DNA from: an uncultured Candidatus Saccharibacteria bacterium
Lineage (GTDB): Bacteria > Patescibacteriota > UBA1384 > JAMDBS01 > CAYSHH01
Direction: 5' to 3'
DNA: 64,000 bases
Assembly (NCBI GenBank): GCA_964430945.1
Contig: CAYSHH010000001.1
Span: forward strand, 82,678 to 146,677
This document shows, piece by piece, positions 57,023 through 64,000 of this stretch. The position numbers were made by a program, and so were the translations under genes. Below the pieces are notes generated by a model, which did not search any database, was not told where the DNA came from, and was given only the letters and a program-made list of their open reading frames with translations. How positions within the stretch are numbered: position 1 is the first letter of the stretch; each line of letters starts with the position of its first letter.

Positions 57023-58216
57023 CATCAACCACTCTGGTTTAAATATCAAAAGTACTCCAATAATAAGCATCAACGTTCCACCGATCAGATGAGCATATTT
57101 TGTATATTTGCTCGTTGTTGTAGTTAAACGAAGTGTAACCATGGCAATTATAAACACGATAATATCGTCCAACATGTAAAAAATAATATAGATTAGAATA
57201 TTTAAATAGTATTGCCACTTTGGAAGCTCTGAAATAGATAAAATCTGTGTATAGATCACAGGAATTCCAGCCGAGCAAACTGCTTCGACCATATTTATCG
57301 AAAATGCCAAAACCACAATTCCACCGACCGCGACCCAAAAATTCTTTTCCTTAGCATAACGCTTAAGCCCTTCAACAATCTTATTTTCTCTCTTATTCTT
57401 ACTTATCGCGCAAACCGCTTCCTTGTTTTTAGAGTATTCCTTCAGATTGATATAACCCCCGAAAAGTGCGACTATACCAATAATTATTCTTACCCATTTA
57501 AGAAATCCAATAAACATAAGTAAGTTTAAAAATGTGCTTAATACCAAGAAGTAAACCGCAGCGCTAGCAAACAAAAATATTCCACCCAAGATCCACATTC
57601 TCTTGATATCATTTGTAGCCAAAAGCAAAGTAATCAAAAACACCAACACCCACATCGCACATGGATTAAATCCATCCAAGGTACCAAGAACAATTGAGAT
57701 CACTGGTACTGACCAATTTTTAATGTTGATCTCGCCAAAAAATGGCACTCTTATCGTTTCGGGAATATTCTCCTTCACATCCCGACTATCATTATCGGTA
57801 TTCTCACCGTTAGTCACACCCAAAACTACATCTTCACACTTAGTTTCTTGATGACATTTCACCAATTCCTCAATCTTAGAACCAGAAGTAGTATCATCCA
57901 AAAAACCAGATACATATCTATTTCCGATCACTGTCAGAGGAACACCTGATATTTTGGCGTCAAGTTTATTGACAACGTTTTCTAGTAATTTCTGATTTGT
58001 CTCGTCATGCCACACTTCATATTCCTTCACTTCAATATCTGGATATTTCTCTTTAAGAATTGTTAGATATTCCTCTTCCTTAGCACAATGCGGACATCCT
58101 TTGCCATAAAAAAAATGAATGATTGTTTTATTACTATCCTGAGCATGAACACTACCCATACCCAAAAACAGAGTACACAAAAGAAATAGTCCTAAAATTA
58201 TTTTCTTTAAGTTCAT
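57014..58216 (-). CDS. Thioredoxin-like domain fused to a CcdA/DsbD-type transmembrane thiol-disulfide transporter
   Basis: 400 aa. Signal peptide, periplasmic thioredoxin/glutaredoxin-like CPHC, then CcdA core (FNPCAMWVLVFL) with 6 TM helices. Confidence 0.75.
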   Translation of the reverse strand: MNLKKIILGLFLLCTLFLGMGSVHAQDSNKTIIHFFYGKGCPHCAKEEEYLTILKEKYPDIEVKEYEVWHDETNQKLLENVVNKLDAKISGVPLTVIGNRYVSGFLDDTTSGSKIEELVKCHQETKCEDVVLGVTNGENTDNDSRDVKENIPETIRVPFFGEINIKNWSVPVISIVLGTLDGFNPCAMWVLVFLITLLLATNDIKRMWILGGIFLFASAAVYFLVLSTFLNLLMFIGFLKWVRIIIGIVALFGGYINLKEYSKNKEAVCAISKNKRENKIVEGLKRYAKEKNFWVAVGGIVVLAFSINMVEAVCSAGIPVIYTQILSISELPKWQYYLNILIYIIFYMLDDIIVFIIAMVTLRLTTTTSKYTKYAHLIGGTLMLIIGVLLIFKPEWLMFG

Positions 58217-58334
58217 AAATACATTTTATTTTATAAACCAAATCATTGCAAAAGTTATATAACACAATTTTGCAAAAATATAAATCACAAATTAAAACTG
58301 TATTGCCAAAAAAAATATTAACAATAAAAATCCA

Positions 58335-58793
58335 TTATTTATTCTTCTTTCCCCATGGTTGATTGCCATCGCCAAATCCACTTTGATCTACCCTGTGACA
58401 GTTTTTTGATCCACAAGAAGGACATTTCATGTCGATTCCTTTTTCACCAGTACCTCTATCTTCTTCCCACTCGTGCTTACAATCCTCGCACATAAATTTT
58501 CTCTTGCTCATCACATACCTCCCACCCTTAATTTTTATTGCTTCTCCCAAAATAATCGCTTTGGCAATCTTACTTCTAGCGCTCTTTAGTACCCTAAAAA
58601 ATGTACTCTGAGATATTTTCATTCTCTGAGCACTTTCGATCTGACCTAATCCTTCATAGTCATTAAGCTTAATTGCTTCGAGTTCCTCAAAATTAATATC
58701 TACTTCATTCAACTCAGCCAATCTTATTCCTCGTGGCTTAAAATAAGTTACTCGGGGATCAAACCCAATATGTCTTAATTTCTTTGGTCTCAT
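58335..58793 (-). CDS. DUF134 family putative DNA-binding protein with C-terminal zinc ribbon
   Basis: 152 aa. MRPKKLRHIGFDPRVTYFKPRGI, then an HTH-like SQSTFFRVLKSARSKIAKAI and CEDCKHEW...CPSCGS. Confidence 0.65.
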   Translation of the reverse strand: MRPKKLRHIGFDPRVTYFKPRGIRLAELNEVDINFEELEAIKLNDYEGLGQIESAQRMKISQSTFFRVLKSARSKIAKAIILGEAIKIKGGRYVMSKRKFMCEDCKHEWEEDRGTGEKGIDMKCPSCGSKNCHRVDQSGFGDGNQPWGKKNK

Positions 58794-58884
58794 TCAAAAT
58801 AATAATTATTTAATACATTTTATATACCCAGAAGGTATTTGTCATTTGTGTATATTATACCAAAGGACAAATACACTACCGAGC

Positions 58885-59148
58885 TTATTTTATCTTATTA
58901 AGTCGTTCTTTAATTGCTTTAAGCTCATCTTCAAGATATTTTGCGTCTTCTGTAAGCATCTCTTTTTCTTCCTTCTCAGAGATTACTTGAATATTGGTAT
59001 TTGTGGCATATCCTCTTCCTATCTTACTACCATATCCACATCCACGTACGCATCTTCCGCCTCTAGTATATCCTCCAGCACATTGCCCCATACGTCTACC
59101 TGTCATGGCGCCAGTACCTTGAGGACCTGTTCCATTTAAATTTGGCAT
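58885..59148 (-). CDS. DUF5320-like small Gly/Cys-rich protein
   Basis: 87 aa. MPNLNGTGPQGTGAMTGRRMGQCAGG...CVRGCGYG, then a coiled-coil tail. DUF5320 is the usual genomic partner of DUF134. Confidence 0.55.
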   Translation of the reverse strand: MPNLNGTGPQGTGAMTGRRMGQCAGGYTRGGRCVRGCGYGSKIGRGYATNTNIQVISEKEEKEMLTEDAKYLEDELKAIKERLNKIK

Positions 59149-59420
59149 TCAAACTCCAATCTATTGCAAAATCCAAAAATTAAAATTTTAATTTTAATTT
59201 TCAATACTCATAAATCTTGCAGTTAATTTGTATTGTCATCCTGAATTTATTTTAGAAAACTTGTATAATCAACTTCAGGATCTCTAATGTTTTATCGACC
59301 GTTTTTGCATATCATAACCTAAAGTTATGAATATATATTCATTATAATATAGTTCACTGATTTTGTCAAGAAAGTATCTTAAGTAAATAAAAACGACCAG
59401 TTGTTGTACAATCTTGGTCG

Positions 59421-59870
59421 TTATATAAAAGCCTTATCAGTAAGATCAGTATCAATCTTACACAAAAACATTTCTGGAACATCATTTAAGTATTTCTCCA
59501 ATCTTCTTACGCAATCATCATTATGGAATCCCCCAAGAACGATGATTGAGAAATCAGACTGCAGACCCAGCCTCTCAATGATAAAATCTTTGTCAGGATA
59601 TTTACCGCAGACTATTTCTTCTACCGTACGACCAGAAGAAATAATCATGTCCTCTGATTTTATCATCAAAACTGGTTCGTTTTGCCCTTCTATATTCGGA
59701 AGATATGGATCACCCGAACAAGCGAAAAATAACCAACAAACCTGGAATCCCTCATCGCGATATTTCTGAATTTTTTCATTCATTTTTACTTTGGGATCGA
59801 TACCAGTTTTTCGAACCATGTCATGCCAATAGAACTTCGTCGAATAGAAAAATAATACTCTTTGTTCCAA
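59421..59870 (-). CDS. Hypothetical protein, paralog of 56385-56984
   Basis: 149 aa. IVLGGFHNDDCVRRLEKYL. Confidence 0.45.
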   Translation of the reverse strand: MEQRVLFFYSTKFYWHDMVRKTGIDPKVKMNEKIQKYRDEGFQVCWLFFACSGDPYLPNIEGQNEPVLMIKSEDMIISSGRTVEEIVCGKYPDKDFIIERLGLQSDFSIIVLGGFHNDDCVRRLEKYLNDVPEMFLCKIDTDLTDKAFI

Positions 59871-60020
59871 TTGATCTCACCTCCGATTTAAATAACTAAC
59901 ATAAAGAAGTCTTAAAGTACCATATCCTTAAACAATTTTCAATGAGCAAAATAAAAAGGGTCCGATGTGTGCGTGTTGCCATTTGCGGCTACACAATACA
60001 CATGGACCCATAATAGAAAA

Positions 60021-60428
60021 TTATTCTATTCCAATGGCAGTTTTTACCTGCCAAAATCTCTTATCCTGAGAATCGCGAAGCCGCTGAACTCTCTCTGCTC
60101 TTTGTCTTTCTTGTATTTCTTGCTCTACCCGAGAACTACTTTCATAAGCGTGAGCTACCATCAGCCCACCACTTATTATCCAGAAAACCTGGAGAAAAAA
60201 ACCAAACCATGTCACAACTGGACAAAAAAGGATTAGCTCACCTAGTCTGAGTAATCCTCCCAAGAAAAAAACAAACCCGAGAACAAAGGCAATCATCTCG
60301 GGGCCAGAGAAAAATCTCCAGCGTTTTACAGTCTGGCCTTTCAGCCAAGCTGAAAAACTTATTTTCGGCTCACATCCTATGAGTCCAACTAAAATCACTT
60401 TGCAAAACTCAAAAAACTTTTTAAACAT
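60021..60428 (-). CDS. Hypothetical membrane protein
   Basis: 135 aa. Two or three hydrophobic helices and a basic, Q/R-rich C-terminus. Confidence 0.4.
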   Translation of the reverse strand: MFKKFFEFCKVILVGLIGCEPKISFSAWLKGQTVKRWRFFSGPEMIAFVLGFVFFLGGLLRLGELILFCPVVTWFGFFLQVFWIISGGLMVAHAYESSSRVEQEIQERQRAERVQRLRDSQDKRFWQVKTAIGIE

Positions 60429-60655
60429 TTAAAAGATCAACTCCTTTTTATTTTTTGACCAGTTAATATACCAAATTATACCCCAAAAGTCAAGGATTAT
60501 ACACACCAAATCATACACTCAAAGCATTAATTAAATATATAATCACTTTATAAAGAAAGTAATATTAGATTACTACATCGTTTTACTCCTCACGATAACA
60601 CAAAATCAACCCTTTTATAGGCTATTTTTAACATTTACTATATATTATATTCTAC

Positions 60656-63016
60656 CTATTCTAGTAATTTCCCAAGCATAAGCTTCCTCTCAACAGAAGC
60701 AATTAACCTTCTTCCAGGTATAATCATATCTGGATTTACAGAAATTGATGTTATTCCCGATTTTACTAAAAACTCTGTATATTCTGGATATGTAGAAGGA
60801 GCCTGACCACATATCGAAGTGGCCACTCCTCGTTTTCTACATTTTTCAATCATATGTCGTATACCTGTAAGCACTGCCTCATCTCTCTCGTCAAACTCAC
60901 TCGCCAATTTCTGAGAATCCCTATCGATACCAAGCATAAGCTGAGTAAGATCATTACTTCCAATAGAAATACCGTCTATGCCTACATCGATAAACTTATC
61001 AATCAAAATCACATTGGACGGCACTTCAGCCATCATATAAAATTTAAAATCACGCGTATCAAATAGTCCTGATTTTTCTACCAAATTCCTTACTTTTCGC
61101 AGCTCATCAACAGTTCGCACAAAAGGAATCATTAGATGCAAATTTCTAAATCCTCCAGAATTCCTAACCTGCTTTATAGCTTCAAGTTCCATATTGAATA
61201 CCTCCGGCTCATGGATATACCTTGCGCAACCTCGATAACCAATCATTGGGTTTTCTTCTTCGCCTTCGAATTCTTTGCCACCCTTAAGATTTCGGTATTC
61301 ATTGGTCTTAAAATCAGTTGCCCGATAGATAACAGGTCTTGGCGCAAACGCACTCGTAAAAGTTGTCAGTCCCTCAGAAAGCTTATCGATCCACTCAACT
61401 TCTCTTTTTTCCTTAACAAATAATCTAGGATGTTCTCCCATCTCAGCAATTATAAATTCAGCACGCAACAACCCAACACCATCTACAGGCATCTTTGCAA
61501 TTTCTTCTGCACGTGATTTTTCTGCCAAATTAACATATAGCTTTGTACCTGTGATCGGTACTTCTTGTCTCGTTATAATTCGTGCCTTAGTTGTAGTTGG
61601 CACAAGCTTATTGTCAGATTTAGTAAATTTACCTTTGTACACTGTTCCTTTGGCACCATCAACCGTTATCATCTGCCCTTGTTTAAGTGTATGCGTTGCC
61701 CTGCCAGTTCCAACAACACAAGGAATTCCTAATTCTCGTGAGACAATAGCCGCATGACAAGTCCGTCCGCCAGTATCAGTAACGATAGCTTTGGCACGTC
61801 TCATTGCAGGAACAAAATCAGGTGTCGTCATCTCAGTCACCAATACTTCACCATCACTGATTTTATCAATATCACTAGAACTATGAATAATATTAACTGG
61901 TCCAAATGCCATGCCGACAGAAGCAGGTGCTCCTTTCAAAACAACATCGTCACTAGTTGGCTTACTAGGATTTGTACCACTTCCAACCTTTTTCCCTTCA
62001 AACTCAGATACTTTTAGATCATGTTTTAGAGTAGTAACTGGGCGAGATTGAACAAAATATATTTTTTCACCGTCATATGCCCACTCCGTATCTTGAGGAG
62101 TGCCATAGTGTTCTTCGATATTTATTCCAAGCTTAGCAAGTTCAACAATTTTATTATCAGAAAACTTTTGTGCTTTCTTTTCTTCCTCAGTAAGTTTTAG
62201 ATGTTTATCAATCTCCCTATCTCCTTCCAATACTTTAATAATCCTGAAATCCTGATCATGAACTTCTTTAGAAACAATTTTCAAATCGCTCTTAGAAACA
62301 ACATATCTATCTGGAGTAACTAAACCAGATACAATCGCTTCACCAAGTCCTAGTCCTGCATCAATTACAACAACATCTCGATTGTTGGTCACTGGATCAA
62401 TCGTAAACAGTATTCCTGAAACCATAGACTGAATCATTGATTGTACCGGAACAGCTATACCAACCCGAAGATGATCAAACTTGTTTATTTGCCTATAATA
62501 AATAGCTCTTGGTTCAAAAAGAGAAGCCCAGCATTGCTTCACAGCTAAAAGCAATTTATCTCCACCATAAATATTTAAAAATGTTGCTTGCTGACCTGCG
62601 AATGAGGCTTCTGGTAAATCCTCTGCAGTAGCCGATGATCGGACAGCAACATATCGATTACTTGTTTTATTGACTAGAACATTATAACTATCTCGAATAT
62701 CACGTTCAAGTGTAGAATTCATCTTTGCACTCAATATTTTTGACTGAATATCTTTGGCAATCCTATTTAGTTTTTTCGTATCTTCATGATTAAGTCCGTT
62801 TAACTCTGATCTTATCTTTTCAACCAATCCAGACTCATTGAGAAAATTAAAATACGCAGAAGCAGTAATATTAAAACCTGGCGGTACACTAATACCAGCC
62901 TTCATAAGTTCGCCCAAATTGGCACCTTTTCCGCCGACCTCATCAATACTTCCTTTGCCAACCTCATCGAACCAAAGAATATTTTTTATGTCTTTCTTGC
63001 CCCTTTGAAAAAACAT
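60656..63016 (-). CDS. ppsA: Phosphoenolpyruvate synthase (pyruvate, water dikinase)
   Basis: 786 aa. N-terminal ATP-grasp-like PPDK_N (GGKGANLGEL), phosphohistidine domain (GGRTCHAAIVSRELGIPCVVG), C-terminal PEP-utilising TIM barrel. Confidence 0.9.
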   Translation of the reverse strand: MFFQRGKKDIKNILWFDEVGKGSIDEVGGKGANLGELMKAGISVPPGFNITASAYFNFLNESGLVEKIRSELNGLNHEDTKKLNRIAKDIQSKILSAKMNSTLERDIRDSYNVLVNKTSNRYVAVRSSATAEDLPEASFAGQQATFLNIYGGDKLLLAVKQCWASLFEPRAIYYRQINKFDHLRVGIAVPVQSMIQSMVSGILFTIDPVTNNRDVVVIDAGLGLGEAIVSGLVTPDRYVVSKSDLKIVSKEVHDQDFRIIKVLEGDREIDKHLKLTEEEKKAQKFSDNKIVELAKLGINIEEHYGTPQDTEWAYDGEKIYFVQSRPVTTLKHDLKVSEFEGKKVGSGTNPSKPTSDDVVLKGAPASVGMAFGPVNIIHSSSDIDKISDGEVLVTEMTTPDFVPAMRRAKAIVTDTGGRTCHAAIVSRELGIPCVVGTGRATHTLKQGQMITVDGAKGTVYKGKFTKSDNKLVPTTTKARIITRQEVPITGTKLYVNLAEKSRAEEIAKMPVDGVGLLRAEFIIAEMGEHPRLFVKEKREVEWIDKLSEGLTTFTSAFAPRPVIYRATDFKTNEYRNLKGGKEFEGEEENPMIGYRGCARYIHEPEVFNMELEAIKQVRNSGGFRNLHLMIPFVRTVDELRKVRNLVEKSGLFDTRDFKFYMMAEVPSNVILIDKFIDVGIDGISIGSNDLTQLMLGIDRDSQKLASEFDERDEAVLTGIRHMIEKCRKRGVATSICGQAPSTYPEYTEFLVKSGITSISVNPDMIIPGRRLIASVERKLMLGKLLE

Positions 63017-63072
63017 AAGCTTTATTTAATTTAATGTTTTAATTTGGATCAGCTAGGTTTGCCAAATAAAAT

Positions 63073-64000
63073 CTATTTTTTGGCTTCACTAACACATTTT
63101 TTAATATCTGTTTCAATCTTTTTAGCAATTTTTTCATGATCTTTAAGAAACTGTCTAGCTGCGCTTTTACCTTGCCCAAGCTTCTCATCTCCCAATGTAT
63201 ACCATGCTCCAGACTTGTTGATCACACCATATTTTACACCCACATCAAGAAGATCTCCTTCAAAAGAAATTCCGTATGGTGGCAATATATCAAATTCGGC
63301 TTGTTTAAACGGAGGAGCAACCTTATTTTTTACTACTTTAACCCGAGTCCTAGCGCCAATAATTTCATCGCCTTCTTTTATCGCTCCGATTCGACGAATA
63401 TCCATACGAACAGACGAGTAAAATTTTAATGCCATTCCACCAGTCGTAGTTTCTGGGTTACCAAACATTATTCCTATTTTCATCCTAATCTGGTTGATAA
63501 ATATTACGCAAGTCTTAGTCTTACTTACTATTGCAGTAAGCTTACGTAGCGCCTGACTCATAAGCCTTGCTTGAAGGCCCACATTGGCATCGCCCATTTC
63601 TCCCTCAATTTCATGTTTGGGAGTCAATGCAGCAACCGAATCAACAACAACTATATCTAGCGCATTTGATCGCACCAAGGTTTCTGTAATTTCTAAAGCT
63701 TGCTCACCAGTATCGGGTTGTGAAATTAAAAGTTCGTCAATATTTATACCAATATTTTTCGCATATTCTGGATCAAAAGCGTGTTCAGCATCAATAAACG
63801 CAGCCAAACCACCCAATTTCTGACATTGTGAAACAATATGCATTGTAAGAGTAGTTTTTCCAGATGACTCTGGCCCATATATTTCAATGATTCTACCCCT
63901 AGGCACACCACCAATACCGAGAGCCATATCCAAAGATATCGAACCAGTAGGTATAGATCCAATATTGAGTGTCTTTCTCTGTCCTAGTTTCATGATACTA
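63073..64000 (-). CDS. recA: Recombinase RecA, 5'-truncated by the window end
   Basis: Walker [11 protein letters not shown]1/L2 loops. The frame stays open past ATG 63993 (upstream codons encode ...SIM, matching the conserved RecA GSIM.LG), so the true start lies outside the window. Confidence 0.92.
   Translation of the reverse strand, partial: SIMKLGQRKTLNIGSIPTGSISLDMALGIGGVPRGRIIEIYGPESSGKTTLTMHIVSQCQKLGGLAAFIDAEHAFDPEYAKNIGINIDELLISQPDTGEQALEITETLVRSNALDIVVVDSVAALTPKHEIEGEMGDANVGLQARLMSQALRKLTAIVSKTKTCVIFINQIRMKIGIMFGNPETTTGGMALKFYSSVRMDIRRIGAIKEGDEIIGARTRVKVVKNKVAPPFKQAEFDILPPYGISFEGDLLDVGVKYGVINKSGAWYTLGDEKLGQGKSAARQFLKDHEKIAKKIETDIKKCVSEAKK

Noticed and set aside
1-64000. CRISPR arrays and rRNA genes
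   Set aside because: No run of regularly spaced direct repeats was seen anywhere. The only notable repeats are the 16-mer pair, the 11-mer triplet and short intergenic repeats already described. No rRNA-like conserved blocks are present.

Overview
The window is AT-rich and gene-dense, reads cleanly in the standard genetic code, and looks like a small-genome bacterium, possibly Patescibacteria/CPR-like given the lamin-tail-domain surface protein and weak Shine-Dalgarno usage. Three blocks are recognisable.

(1) 1-27.3 kb and 53-64 kb are core housekeeping. They hold a partial pcrA/uvrD, dnaB, dnaX, ftsH, rpoD-dnaG, ppsA and a partial recA. There are also a two-component sensor kinase with receiver-only partners, an L,D-transpeptidase, a cluster of three ATP-grasp ligases, a large lamin-tail-domain/FN3 surface protein, FtsB, CPA2 and CaCA antiporters, a sortase, LigT, and eight tRNAs: Glu-CTC, Ile-TAT, Gln-CTG, Met-CAT, fMet, Asn-GTT, Ser-GGA.

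(2) About 28.8-53.0 kb is an accessory, probably mobile region bracketed by two paralogous large serine recombinases in outward-facing orientation (29249-30604 minus; 51662-52954 plus). It carries a TetR/RND/ABC/patatin cargo module flanked by a 16-nt direct repeat that resembles an SP6/T7-type promoter core. It also carries a phage-derived module: a ParB-methyltransferase fusion, a second methyltransferase, and terminase small and large subunits, with no virion structural genes.

The best candidate for a novel system in the window is a co-directional five-gene operon, 44238-51255 on the minus strand. It encodes two RecB-like PD-(D/E)xK nucleases, an 1175-aa SF1 helicase carrying a C-terminal Vsr/DUF559-like nuclease, a DUF2130 protein, and a small protein.

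A GC-rich structured element with a triple 11-mer repeat lies between that operon and the second recombinase. A tRNA-Asn with an inverted tRNA 3'-end remnant marks the right boundary.

(3) 56.3-60.4 kb is a thiol-redox module: a thioredoxin-CcdA fusion with a DUF134/DUF5320 pair, flanked by two divergent paralogs of an uncharacterised family.

No CRISPR arrays or rRNA genes were seen. All calls rest on motifs read from the supplied translations and the raw sequence; no database search was run.
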